Shown: positions 22,342 through 35,659 of the stretch, one piece after another
How the letters are laid out: every line of letters begins with the position of its first letter
Numbering within the stretch: the stretch's first letter is position 1
NCBI RefSeq assembly: GCF_006345805.1
Contig: NW_021834587.1
Location: forward strand, 1 to 45,227
Reading direction: 5' to 3'
Length of the DNA: 45,227 bases
Source: Octopus sinensis
Taxonomy: Eukaryota
Translations under genes and position numbers: made by a program
Notes under the pieces: model-generated
Database searches by the model: none
Told to the model about the DNA's origin: nothing
Seen by the model: the letters and a program-made list of their open reading frames with translations, nothing else

Positions 22342-22523
22342 TATATATACATATATACGACAGGCTTCTTTCGGTTTCCGTCTACCAAATCCAATCACAA
22401 AGCTTTGGTCGGCCCGAGGCTATAGTAGAAGACACTTGCCCAAGGTGCCACGCAGTGGGACTGAACCCGGAACCATGTGGTTGGTAAACAAACTACTTAC
22501 CACACAGCCACTCCTGCGCCTAT
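22063..22523 (-). mobile_element. SINE family B, full length
   Basis: Reverse complement of 7468-7851. Confidence 0.9.
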
Positions 22524-23175
22524 AAATTTCTGTGTGCACACGCGCGCGTGTGTCACGTCCTATGTCTGTCAGTCTCTACCGTTATAGGGTCTTCCTTGTT
22601 GCTGTCACATATTATGAGTTTTTAAAATTACGTCAAAATTTTCAAATTTGGTATATTGAAATAATTTTCCACATTAAATCCGATTTTGTTATTTACTTGT
22701 TCCTAACATCCAGTTGAATTATAGGCGAATTGGATTTCAATAAAAATCTTTATTGGGCTCCCTAGGGAGGGATCTGTAGCACGTTTACAAATCAGCTACG
22801 ATAAACTACGACACGCGACAACCCCAGCTACAATACGCGGACTACTTGTCAATGCATTTGTAAATCTATCTATTTATCTAATATATTTTACTCGGATGCA
22901 TATTCGTTTGTTAAAATAATATAGAGGCATTCCTCATTCACCCACTAATCGTACTAATATTTTGTAATACCTATTTTTAGCAATAGACTTTTACCATAAA
23001 GGTTAATAAAATATTTAATGGTTTAATTGCACCTAACTGATTCCAAAGTTTATATATCGACATAGGATTGGGGATAGGAATGAGAGCGAAACTAAAACGG
23101 GAAAGGACATGAAACAATGTAATGGGAACTGAAAATAACACCCGCTTTTACGGGTATTACCGGGCAATTCAGATA

Positions 23176-23249
<74 letters not shown>

Positions 23250-23445
23250 ATATATTGTCGTTGAATGCTCGAAATGAGGAGTAGATTGACAATCGACAAC
23301 TGATGAAAGGCCGTTCTCTTATGTTTACTTGTCCCGTTTTTCCATTTCTTTTCTCTCGTCGTTTGTGTATTTAACTCGTTTGTTTTTGTACTTCATGTTG
23401 TTTACGTAGTTGGTGAGGTCCTGTACCCATACATACATGCATGCA

Positions 23446-23499
<54 letters not shown>

Positions 23500-23846
23500 A
23501 TATATACTACACACTGATTGGTCAGAATACAGTTTGCAAAACCTAGCACTCTGGAGCCTACCCAGCTGTATTTATAGCACAGAATCAATCATCTTGCTAC
23601 AGTCAAAAATTGTGAAGCATGACTGTCACCACTACTACATGAACCCGAAGATTGCAGAATTTAATGCATGAAAGTACTAGTTCAATCAGAATGAACATTT
23701 AACATTCTACTATTTCATTTTATTTTATTCTATTATAATATATTATCTTATAATATATCATTATAAGATTGTAAATAAAACGTGAAAATCAGACAAGGTT
23801 GGAATTCCTTTTATTAATATATTCTTCTATACACAATCACACACAC

Positions 23847-23931
<85 letters not shown>

Positions 23932-23937
23932 ATATAT

Positions 23938-23978
<41 letters not shown>

Positions 23979-24214
23979 ACCAGATGAATATCGTATTTAA
24001 GTTGAGGCAAGGTGATTAAAATCAAAATAACCAACAAGGATATCCAGAGGTAATGTAGTACGATCATTTTATGCAACTCCATTTAATTGAACAATGCAAT
24101 CATTACATCAATTTAAAATTGCTCTACATTTTTTGATTGATGTAATGATTGAATTATTCAATTAAATGGAGTTGCATGAAACGATCGTACTTCATCGCCT
24201 CTGGATATCCCTGT

Positions 24215-24258
<44 letters not shown>

Positions 24259-24401
24259 TATATATGCATGTGCGTGTATGTATATGTATGTATGTATATG
24301 TGTGTTTGTGTGTGTTCTTTTTCTTTTTCAATGGAGTATAAATTTGGACAGACCATCTACTTGGTAACAAGGTTGAGAAGGAACGCGTCTTGTATGGTTC
24401 A

Positions 24402-24635
24402 TCATCCTTTAAATCTTAGGAAAATCTTGCAGGTTTTTATAGTCCCAGATATCATGATCGTATGTAGTGTATCAATTAAGGATTTGCGTTCTCTCTCCAA
24501 GATCCCAAGTTCAGCCATACTTTGCTCCAGACTGGTCGGTATTAATCCTGTTGCTCCAATAACAATAAGTATGTAATTGAAAGTCTATCTTAGATACTGG
24601 ATTTGCAAACTCCTAATCAATTGTATGTATGTCAT
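24402..24635 (-). mobile_element. Second REL-type non-LTR element remnant (endonuclease C-terminus)
   Basis: Minus frame YIQLIRSLQIQYLR*TFNYILIVIGATGLIPTSLEQSMAELG...SGTIKTCKIFLRF, resembling the PIVIGALG...GT terminus of REL elements. Confidence 0.55.
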
Positions 24636-24674
24636 TATTCAGTTTTAATTCAAGATTTGTTGCCAATAGAGAAA

Positions 24675-24902
24675 GGCGGCGAGCTGGCAGAAACGTTAGC
24701 ACACCGGGCGAAGTGTGTAACCGTATTTCGTCTGCCGTTACGTTCTGAGTTCAAATTCCGCCGAGGTCGACTTTGCATTTCATCCTTTCGGGGTCGATAA
24801 ATTAAGTACCAGTTACGCACTGGGGTCGATGTAATCGATTTAATCCGTTTGTCTGTCCTTGTTTGTCCCCTCTGTGTTTAGCCCCTTGCGGGCAGTAAAG
24901 AA
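24675..24902 (+). mobile_element. SINE family A, full monomer (tail 1)
   Basis: Intact head, B-box-like gagttcaaattcc and tail ttagccccttg...cagtaaagaaa. Confidence 0.9.
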
Positions 24903-25704
24903 AAAAAAAATATAGAGAAAGAGCAAGTTCTAATCTAGTTCCAGGTCCCCCTTCATTGAACTTTCAACATCAACAGGGTCCTTTTGTATGTATATGTGCA
25001 GATTTGTGTATTTTGTTTTATGTATGTATTCTCGTGCACAGAATTACGTGTCTAAACATTCTCATATATACTTAAATGATAAACTTCTGGAAAGTTTTAC
25101 AGATTTTTACAGTTCCAGTGATGTACGTATGCATACATGCATGCATGTATATTAACTATTAACATTAATTACGTCTCACCCTCCCCCACCTCTACAACTA
25201 TTAATTATGTACCACCACCACCACCACCACCACCACCACCCCCTTCGCCGTCGCCAGCACCACAACTAATTAAGTTCCATCGGCGCCAACATTACAGCTC
25301 CACCAGCACCACCATCACACCACCACCATCGCCGCCGCCACCATCACACCACCACCATCGCCGCCGCCACTAGCACCACCACCACCACTACTAAATTATT
25401 ATGTACTTTTTACCGCTAGTATCACTACTAACAGTGAAGCACTTTGTCTGGCCTTTACCCTTCCATTCGTGGCTATCACCCTTAGCACGCAGGCCCTCAA
25501 ATAATACTAACTAGACCGATAGTTCCAACGGCCTCTTATGTAACTGACATGTTTGTTTGGCAAAGAATGTGATGTTTACCTTCAGCACAACAACAACAAC
25601 AACAACAACAACAACAGTATGGAGCAGCGAAATGAACAACAAGCTACTATCAACAACAGCAGCTGGCTTGTGATGTTAATGTTGATATCTCACGCATAAC
25701 TAAC

Positions 25705-25742
25705 GATGTCTATGATGACGATGATGGTGGTGGTGGTGGTGG

Positions 25743-25784
<42 letters not shown>

Positions 25785-25835
25785 CGATGATGACGATGGT
25801 GGTGGTGGTGGTGGTGGTGGTGATGACAATGATGG

Positions 25836-25874
<39 letters not shown>

Positions 25875-25982
25875 CGATGGTGGTGGTGGTGGTGGTGGTG
25901 GTGGTGGTGGTGGTGGTGGGTGGTGGTGGTGACGATGATGGTGGTGGTGGTGGTGGTGGTGATGATGATGATGATGATGATG
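25705..25982. repeat. Compound (GAT)n/(GGT)n microsatellite
   Basis: Directly visible. Confidence 0.95.
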
Positions 25983-26546
25983 GAGGGAGGGAAAGAGGAG
26001 GGAGGCAGTGCCAGAAGCGGGGCCGGTATAGGTGGTGATGGACATTCCGCGAAACCAAAATATGACTGCAGTCACCGTTGGTAATAAATGAATAAATAAA
26101 TAAATAAATAAATAAATAAAGGAAGGAAGGAAGGAAGCAAGCAAGAGAGGAAGAAAGAAAGAAGAAGAGGAGGAGGAGGTGGAGACAGAAGACGGAGAAG
26201 AAAAACGAAAAGAACAAGTAAAAGAAAGAATCCTTGAGCTAAAAATATCTCTTGGCAACTTCATCGTTTTATTCTTGTAAATTCACAACAAGGTAGATTG
26301 TTTGATTTAAGTTTTTTTCCTTCCTTCTCAAGGCCGTTCGCCAATGTTTTGCTAGTTTACTTACCTATAAACATTAAATATATATGTGTGTGTGTGTGTG
26401 TATATATATATACACACACATATACATACATACATATATATATATATACATATAAGTGTATACGTACATACATACATACCATACATACATACATACCATA
26501 CATACATACATACATATATACAAATCTATATTTAGACATGTTTCAC

Positions 26547-26582
<36 letters not shown>

Positions 26583-26592
26583 GTGTATGTGT

Positions 26593-26645
<53 letters not shown>

Positions 26646-26954
26646 GAAAAACAATTATGTTTCATTAAAGTGTTTTTAGTCCGTTGCGAAAAAAACCAAA
26701 AAAACCTCGTGATGAAAGCAGAATTTCTCTCACAACATCCAAAGAAAATGTGTTGAGTAAACTCCTAACTGGAACAGCGTAAAATGAAATGGTTTTATTC
26801 AAAAAGACAGCGCACTGCGTGGTCCGGGAATCGAAACAAGGATCTTATAACCGTGGGTACAGCACACAAAACACTAGGCTTTCGTTTCTTAATATTAAGA
26901 ATTAATGCTAAATCAACCGCAATGGAAGTCGATTCTCTATATTAAGTTCATCAA

Positions 26955-27410
26955 AGGCGGCGAGGCTGGCAGAAACGTTAGCACGCCGGGCGAAATGCGT
27001 AGCCGTATTTCGTCTGCCGTTACGTTCTTGGTTCAAATTCCGCCGAGGTCGACTTTGCCTTTCATCCTTTCGGGGTCGATAAATTAAGTACCAATTACGC
27101 ACTGGGGTCGATGTAATCGACTTAATCCGTTTGTCTGTCCTTGTTTGTCCTCTCTATGTTTAACCCCTTGTCTCGGAGGGGAACTTTCTAGGTGCAATCC
27201 CATGGTCATTCATGGCCGAAGGAGGTCTTTACTCTTTACCCTATTTACATATAATGGTGCTAAGCTGTATCGGCCTTTGCCTTACTCTTGGACAACATCG
27301 GTGGCATGGAGAGAGGACGGTGGTATGCATGGGCGACTGCTGGTTTTCCAGAAACAACCTTGCTCGGACTTTTGCGTCGGAGAGGAACTTTCTAGGTGCA
27401 ATCCCATAGA
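26955..27410 (+). mobile_element. SINE A joined to SINE C fragments
   Basis: Family A to ~27165, followed by two family C 3' pieces (aactttctaggtgcaatccc twice). Confidence 0.8.
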
Positions 27411-27630
27411 GGTTGCTTTATTTTACTATTCTTCTTCATCATCAGATTCGTATTCACCATCGCGTAGAACACTTACAGTCCCACCTGAGTTGGTGGACTC
27501 TTCCGGTGGCCTTCCTTTCATCGACTGAGTTCAAAAGTGGGTTTAAAATATTGCTTGTCCTGTTTTGGCAGCTGAACTTCAGTGCCTCTCATCACAAGGA
27601 TTTCCCTGTTTTTAATCTCTATTCTATGTT

Positions 27631-27918
27631 GAGGCACATGGCCTAGTGGTTAGAGCAACGGACTCGTGGTAGAGGGATCGCGGGTTCAAATCTCAGACCA
27701 GGCGATGTGTGTGTTTATGAGCGAAACACTTAAGCTTCACGCGGCTCCGGCAGAAGGTAATGGCGAACTTCTGCTGACTTTCTCTCACTCTTTCCTCCTG
27801 CATCTTGCAGCTCACCTGCGACGGACCGGCGTCCCGTCCAGGTGGGGAACCTATACGCCAAGGAAACCGGGAAACCGGCCCATTATGAGCCAGGCATGGC
27901 TTGAGAAAGAACAAACAA
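27631..27918 (+). mobile_element. tRNA-derived SINE family D
   Basis: Perfect A-box TGGCCTAGTGG, B-box GGTTCAAATC; second copy at 35660-35974. Confidence 0.85.
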
Positions 27919-28054
27919 TCTCTATTCGGTGACCGTTGTTCCGCTAAACTCTCTTCCCTTAGCGTTACTTATTAAGTGATTCACCTTCCTGTTTAATTCT
28001 CATTCATTCATTGCAATCGTCCCTCTTCTTGTTTCTGTGACAAATGTCTCTCGT

Positions 28055-28197
28055 CTTTTACTTGTTTCAGTCATTACACGGTGGCCATGCTGGGGCACCA
28101 CACTGAAGAACTTTTAGTCGCGCGAATCGACCCCCGGTACTCGTTTTTGATTTTTAACCTGGTACTTATACTATCGATCGAGCGGTGCTGGAGGACA

Positions 28198-28237
<40 letters not shown>

Positions 28238-28660
28238 CACATATATATGTGTGTGTGTGCATTACGAAGAGGTTCTTTCAGTTTCCTATTTCTTTATTGC
28301 CCACAAGGGGCTAAATAATATAGAGGGGACAAACAAGGAGAGACAAAGGGATTAAGTCGATTACATCGACCCCTGAAAGGATGAAAAGCAAAGTCGAGCT
28401 CGGTGGAATTTGAACTCAGAACGTAACGGCAGACGAAATACCGACAAGCATTTCGCCCGGCGCGCTAACGTTTGTGCCAGCTCTCCGCCTTGCCTGCGAG
28501 CTGGCAGAAACTGAAAGAGGTTCTTTCAGTTTCCGTCGACAAAATCCACTGACAAGACTTTGATCGCCCGAGGCTATAGTAGAAGACACCTGCCCAAGGT
28601 GCCACTCAGTGGGACTGAACCCGGAACCAAGTGATAGGAAAGCAAACTTCTTACCACACA
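28055..28660 (-). mobile_element. SINE B interrupted by a SINE A insertion (28287-28491)
   Basis: 19-bp direct repeat agaggttctttcagtttcc at 28268-28286 and 28516-28534. Confidence 0.8.
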
Positions 28661-28690
28661 GCTTAAATTATTCTAAATCTTGGTTTAATT

Positions 28691-28922
28691 AGGCGGCGAG
28701 CTGGCAGAATCGTTAGCACGCCGGGCGAAATACTTAGCGGTATTTCGTCTGCCGTTACGTTCCGGGTTCAAATTCCGCCAAGGTCGACTTTGCCTTTCAT
28801 CCTTTCGGGGTCGATAAATTAAGTACACGTTACGCACTGGGGTCGATGTAATCGACTTAATACGTTTGTCTGTCCTTGTTTGTCCTCTCTGTGTTTAGCC
28901 CCTTGTGGGTAGTAAAGAAATA
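28691..28922 (+). mobile_element. SINE family A, full monomer
   Basis: Intact family A sequence. Confidence 0.9.
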
Positions 28923-29399
28923 TATATTCTGAATCTTGGCTTAACTACTTTAAAGTTTTTAGAAAGAGCTTTTCATAAGCCCTTTAGCTTTCAGATTACT
29001 ATGTCAAATGTAATGCTTGTTTATTCACATTGTTTATGAGCAAGCAGACTGCAAGCAGATTTATGAGCAAGCAGATTATCAACAATGATTATTTGTAACT
29101 TTGTGAATTCTTTCACACACTGACATGAAATTTTGTCAGTAGGTGTTTAAATACCGATGATTTACAATCATCATTTAATGTACACAGTATTTAATATACG
29201 GGCTACAAATAGTTTCTTGTCACAGAGACACTGACATTACACAGATTTATATTAACTGTTTCGTGTCTCCAAGCAATCTTCTATTCACTATGTTGTATTT
29301 TCAACAGAATCAAGAAATATGTATTCGTGTTGTTCTGTTTATTTTTTGGCATTTATTTCATAATGCTTAATGAAATAGTTTCCTAATTTTGAAGAGTGC

Positions 29400-29650
29400 C
29401 GACCTAAATCCTAACATCTTTCCTCTTCCTCACAGCAAAGAGATATTTCCAAAAAGGCTTGTCAATCCCCTTCGTGGTCTCAGACCGTGTTGCTCTAATA
29501 TTTTGAATAGCGTTCCGAAGGGTTTCATGTCTTTTGCTATCAAATTACTCTTTCTTGTCGCTGACATTCAGGAACCCCCGAATTTGTCCGACAAATCTGA
29601 TTCATCCGAAGATAGGTCACTGTTATTTTTTTTCTCTCAAAAAATTCAAT
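29400..29650 (-). mobile_element. Possible decayed piggyBac-like transposase N-terminus
   Basis: Minus frame NNSDLSSDESDLSD (acidic Ser/Asp tract); composition only, with stops nearby. Confidence 0.2.
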
Positions 29651-29799
29651 CTCCACTTCAAATATTGAAAAAAAAATCGAATTTAAGTGTAAATGGTTTT
29701 ATCACGCATTATCTTGCTTCGAGATTTCGATGCTATAACTGTTTGTTTTTAGAAAATTATGGGGGAAGGTATGAGATCGAAAGTAGCTAGTATATATTT

Positions 29800-30099
29800 C
29801 TTTACTACCCACAAGGGGCTAAACACGGACAGGACAAACAAGGACAGACAAACGGATTAAGCCGATTACATCGACCCCAGTGCGAAACTGGTACTTTATT
29901 TATCGACCCCGAAAGGATGAAAGGCAAGGTCGACCTTGGCGGGATTTGAACTCAGAACGTAACGACAGACGAAATACCGCAAAGCATTTCGCCCGGCATA
30001 CTAACGTTTCTGCCAGCTCGTCGCCTTTAGTATATAACTCCTAGGAAATGAATTGAGTACCCTTTTTTGTCGCTTGTCCACTCACTCGTGTGTGTGAGT

Positions 30100-30138
<39 letters not shown>

Positions 30139-30410
30139 GTGTGTGTGTAGGAGCAGGCTTCCCCACGATGGGAACTATCGGAACAGATAGAGCATTGGTT
30201 TCAAATTTTGGCACAAAGCCAGCAACTTCGACGAAGAGGTTAACTCGATTACATCGACTCCAGTGATCAACTGGGACTTGTTTTATCGACCCCGAAAGAA
30301 TGAAAAACGAAGTCGACCTCGGTGATATTTGAACACAGAGCATAAAGACGGACGAAATGCCGCGAAGCATTTTGCCTGGCGTGCGAACGATCCTTCCAAC
30401 TCGTCACCTT
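29800..30410 (-). mobile_element. Two SINE A-type copies (29800-30030, 30185-30410)
   Basis: Reverse complements of family A, with different tails. Confidence 0.8.
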
Positions 30411-30493
30411 AAACAAGTCAAATATTTGGGCCAGATATGGCCGCTGTTTTCATTACCTTCTCTTTGTATCTCTCAAACTACGTGGTTGCTTAC

Positions 30494-30582
<89 letters not shown>

Positions 30583-31047
30583 GTACGACGGGCTTTTTTC
30601 AGTTTCCGTCTACCAAATTCACTCACAAGGCTTTGACCGGCCCGAGGCTATAGTAGAAGACACTTGCCAAAGGTGCCACGTAGTGGGACTGAACCCGGAA
30701 CCATGTGGTTGGTAAACAAGCTACTTACCACACATCCACACACACACACACACGCGTGTGTGTGTGTGTATTACATGAGATCTCTTCAAATGAATATTTC
30801 ATTTTTAAAATCTTTTCTATTCGCAAGACATTTTCCTTCAGCACAAACCCTCCGCCACCCCCCACACATACACCCCTATCTCTTAAAAGTCTTGAAATTA
30901 AATAAGAATTTATTCTATGGGTTCATATATAAACACCCATTTTTAACCATTACATGGACACACCGTTAGGTTGAGTGTTAAACCATGTTTGACACTAATG
31001 TTTGTTATACATACATACATACATACATACATATATGTATGTATGTA

Positions 31048-31089
<42 letters not shown>

Positions 31090-31151
31090 CAAATATTAGT
31101 ATATATATATATAACTAAAGGTTAGCATCTCTGTCTCTATACACACACACA

Positions 31152-31193
<42 letters not shown>

Positions 31194-31583
31194 GTATGGG
31201 CATGTAAGTATATAGGTGTGTATGTATGTATGTAACTTATGTATATAACACACACACACACATACATACACACAGATATATATACACATAAAGTACCGCA
31301 CACAACACACAACACACACGCTCATACAAATGCGTTGATAACGTATATGTATGCATAGATAATGTGTGTGTGTGTAATAAATCTAGTTGAGCAACGAACA
31401 GACACAGACACGCGCACGCGCGCCCCGCTGTATAAACACCATTACGGCATGTCTCAGAAATCTACAAAGAACATTTTTTAATGTTCCAAATATTTATGAA
31501 TCTTGAAATACGCTTTTCTTCGAGTATTTCATTTGATTTTTCATTGAAGTGGTTGTCGCTTTTCTTCTCTTCTTCTTCTTCTT

Positions 31584-31614
<31 letters not shown>

Positions 31615-32618
31615 TGATGATGATGATGATGATGATGATGGTGATGGTGATGGTGGTGGTGGTGCTACCGTTGTTGCTCTTATTGTTTTCGTTTGAGTTT
31701 TACATATATATTTTATTAAACTTCGTGGGCGCATGCGCAACTATGTGGTAAGACGCTTGCTTCCTAAATACATGGTTCTAGGTTCAGTCCCACCGCGCGG
31801 CACTTTGGGCAAGTGTCTTCTACTATAGCCTCGGACTGACCAAAGCCTTGTAAGTGGATTTGGTAGACGGAAACTGAAAGCCCATCGTGTGTGTCTATAT
31901 ATATACATACATCTATACATCATATATATAACAAAATTAGAAAGGAGAAACATACTTAACATCAATCTAACTCAACCATCAGAATGATACCCAAACAATA
32001 CTTTTGATTACAACATTACATAACAGTAAAAGCATTATACAAAATATATTGTACATATAATTAGACAAGGAAATAGAAATATAAAAATATAAATATAATA
32101 TGTAATTATATCAATCTGACAGCTGTTTTCGGCAATAGGGCAAGCATGCCTCATTTAACCTATAAGCCATATAAGGCAGGTATAAATGAGACATTAACAA
32201 GGATCCCCACGGCCCTCTTCAGAGAATTTAATAAATTATATTGTGAAAAATTATTTTTTTTCCATATACATATAAATAAAAAATGTAAAATATAAAAACG
32301 TGTGCATAGACACCATAATACTACCACATATATATATATTTCATTAATACAATAATACAAGATAACAAAACAAAATAAAACAATATATATCAATTAATAT
32401 TAATAAGCACAGTTATTCTATATATTGAGCTAATATTTCTAAAACTAACACACAGGAAAAAAATATATGCAGACTCACATTTAAATTAAAATCAGACCTA
32501 TACATGAAAAATAATAAAAAACACATTTTCAGTTTCATAATATTATAACCCTATAAAAGTCAATAAAAATTACTAATAATATTAAGATAATAATAATATA
32601 ATAATCACCAATATATAT

Positions 32619-32662
<44 letters not shown>

Positions 32663-32778
32663 ATATATATATATATGTTATATAATAATAATAATAAAAA
32701 CGTGTAAAACAACACAACACGAGGACGTGATACATGCAAAGTATTAATAAGACGCCCAGGGAAGGAAAGAAAGGGTTT

Positions 32779-32811
32779 TTTTACGTTTCGAGCAAAGCTC
32801 TTCTTCAGAAA
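32779..32811 (-). ncRNA. Minimal type I hammerhead ribozyme motif, copy 3 (fully canonical core)
   Basis: Minus strand UUU CUGAAGA A GAGC-UUU-GCUC GAAA CGUA/AAA; GUA cleavage triplet and ACGU palindrome intact. Confidence 0.7.
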
Positions 32812-32896
32812 GAGGAGACAGAAGAAAGTCCCAAAACAAAGAAGACGGTGGGGAAATCGCCTACAATCCACATGTAGTTACACACACACACACACA

Positions 32897-32929
<33 letters not shown>

Positions 32930-33547
32930 CACCACACACACACACATACACATATATATATATATATATATATATTCTATATTATATATATATATATATA
33001 TAATATATATATATATTATATATTATAATTAATTTTATTTTATCGCATCTGACTTTGTTTATATATATATATATATATATACCATGTGTGTGTGTTGTTT
33101 TGCCCCCAACCATCCACAGCTCGACAACCGGTGTTGGTGCTTTTTACGTCCCCGTAATTCAGCAATTCGGCAAAAGGGATCGATAGAATAAGTACCACGT
33201 TTTGAAAAACAAAATAATTACAAGAGTCGATTCATTCAACTAAAATTTCTTTAAGGCAGTGCTCCAGCATGGCCGCAGTCTAATGACTGAATCAAGTGAA
33301 AGATAAACGGTATAAGATATCGGTTACTGCACTCCGTCCTTCACAGGGTCACTTCTCTTGGTGACCAGCTTAATCCATCCATCCATCCATTCAAAATTAA
33401 ATGGGTACCATAAGTAGGGAGACATATGAAGGTTGTAAACCTGGAGAAGACTAAAAAAAAAATATACAGGAACTACGAAGTTTCAAAACTGATCCTTATC
33501 AGATTATGGAAATTCACTCAAGGACTCGAACTAATCCCACTAGATCT

Positions 33548-34203
33548 CACGATCATCAGGTTTGTGAGTTCGATTCCCGGACCGGGCTGTGTGTTGTGTT
33601 CTTGAGCAAGACACTTTATTTCACGTTGCTCCAGTTCACTCAGCTGTAGAAATGAGTAGCGATGTCACTGGTGCCAAGCTGTATTGGCCCCTTTGCCTTT
33701 CCCTTGGATAACATCAGTGGCGTGGAGAGGGGGGACTGGTATGCATGGGCGACTGTTGGTCTTCCATAAACAACCTTGCCCGGACTTGTGCCTCGGAGAA
33801 CTTTCTAGGTGTAATACCATGGTCATTCATAACAGAATGGGGCGGGGGCTTTACCCTATATTGTGAAGATACATGCCTCTGTAGTTAGAGTATCGGGTTC
33901 ACAATTACGAAGTAGGGGGTTTGATCCCTGGACCGGGCTGTGTGTTGGGTTCTTGAGCAAGACACTCTATTTCACATTGCTCCAGTTCACTCAGTTGTAG
34001 AAATGAGTTGCGACGACGTCACTGGTGCCAAGCTGTATCGGCCCCTTTGCCTTTCCCATAGATAACATCGGCGGCGTGGAGATTGGAGACTGGTATGCAT
34101 GGGCGACTGTTGGTCTTCCATCAACAACCTTGCCCGGACTTGTGCCTCGGTGGAGAACTTTCTAGGTGCAATCCCATGGTCATTCATGACCGAAGGGGGT
34201 CTT
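33548..34203 (+). mobile_element. Two tandem SINE family C copies
   Basis: ggaccgggctgtgtgttg...ttcttgagcaagacact repeated at ~33580 and ~33930. Confidence 0.85.
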
Positions 34204-35269
34204 TAGCCTTTTTGATTCTGCTCCTGGTGTACCACATCAACTTTGCCTTTCGTCCCCTTGGACTCGATAAAACCAGTCAAATACTGGGGTCGACATAGTC
34301 GACTTATCCCCTTCACTCAAAATTACTGACCTCGTGCCTGAATTAGAAAGAATTGTTGTTGTTGTTGTTGTTGATGTTGCGGTTGCATTCTTCCACTCCG
34401 TTCTCAACCACTCCTAACATTAGCTTTTTCCTTCGTGTGTGTGTGTATATATCTCTGTACATGTATATATATATATATATATATAATATATATATATATT
34501 TGTATGTGTATATATTTGTGCGTCAGTGTATGGATGCAGGTATATATGTGCGTGAGTGTGTGTGTGTGTGTGTGTGTGTAAGACAGAGAGGAATTCCGCC
34601 AAATTTCAGGTAAGTAAAACAGGTTAACATATGGATGTCGGTGAGTGTACATATGTACATGTATATACATGTTTGTGTGTGGACGCGTACGTGTGAGGGT
34701 GTGTGCACGCATATATGCGTAGGTGAGCATGTGACTACATTAGTATCTTCGGGTGTATATGTATTTATGTATGTATATATCAATGTATACATACATAAAT
34801 GTATGTATATATTTGTGTGTGTGTGAGCGTGTATGTGTGCGTGTGTGTGTATGTGTCTGTGTGATTATCTTTGTGTATATGTGTGTATATGTGTGTATGT
34901 ATGTATATATGTATATATGTGTATATATATATTTGTATATATAAGTGTATGTATGTACGTACGTATGTATGTATGTGTGTGTACGTGTGGTGTGTGTGTG
35001 TATGTATGTGGCCATAGATGTGTATCTGAAATCATATCGTATATAAATGTGTGTATCTGATTATGTATACCTGTGCAGGTGCGTGCAGGTGCGTGCAGGT
35101 GTGTGTAGGTGATCTCAAGGTAAACATAACACTAAACAATGATACCTTTCATCAACCATACGTTTGAACATAATACCTTTCTTTCTTTCAAAGCCTCCAC
35201 CCACCTCTCTTTCTCTCTCTCTCTCTCCAGCCACCCCCACATACGCATTTAATTACACCCCCAGAGTTA

Positions 35270-35600
35270 ATTGTCATGGAAAGCCAAAAAGCCAACAGGG
35301 TGCTCTTTCTTTACAAAACGTCTTAATCTTATTCTTGTGAGACACATTTTCGCGTTTCCTTCCTTGCATTTTCGTATATCCTTCGAAGTAATAACACCAT
35401 TGATCTTTGACATACATTGATATCGATGACCATTCATGGTCAGCACTGCAGTGTTCTTTGTAAACAATTAGTGAGTGGAATCTGAGATGCAAGATTGAAA
35501 GCCAATCCATATCCTGTTGAGATTTTAACGTCTTCAGGAGAGTTCCATTTCATAGCACCCCGCATCTACATCAGAACACTCTGTCTCGTCACTCATTAAT
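35270..35600 (-). mobile_element. Possible decayed piggyBac-like remnant (Cys-rich C-terminus)
   Basis: Minus frame RKCKEGNAKMCLTR...GFLAFHDN*, reminiscent of piggyBac C-terminal CLT..R.CF..FH. Confidence 0.25.
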
Positions 35601-35659
35601 CTAGTCTCTGCTTTTTATATTTTCGCCATTCATTAGTCAGTCCTTACAGTTCACTCTGT

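Noticed and set aside
25593-26270. Poly-Q/N and E-rich peptides around the GAT/GGT block
   Set aside because: Microsatellite-derived, with early stops.
27631-27710. tRNA gene
   Set aside because: The A and B boxes are present but continue into SINE body sequence, without a proper cloverleaf acceptor stem; this is a SINE head.
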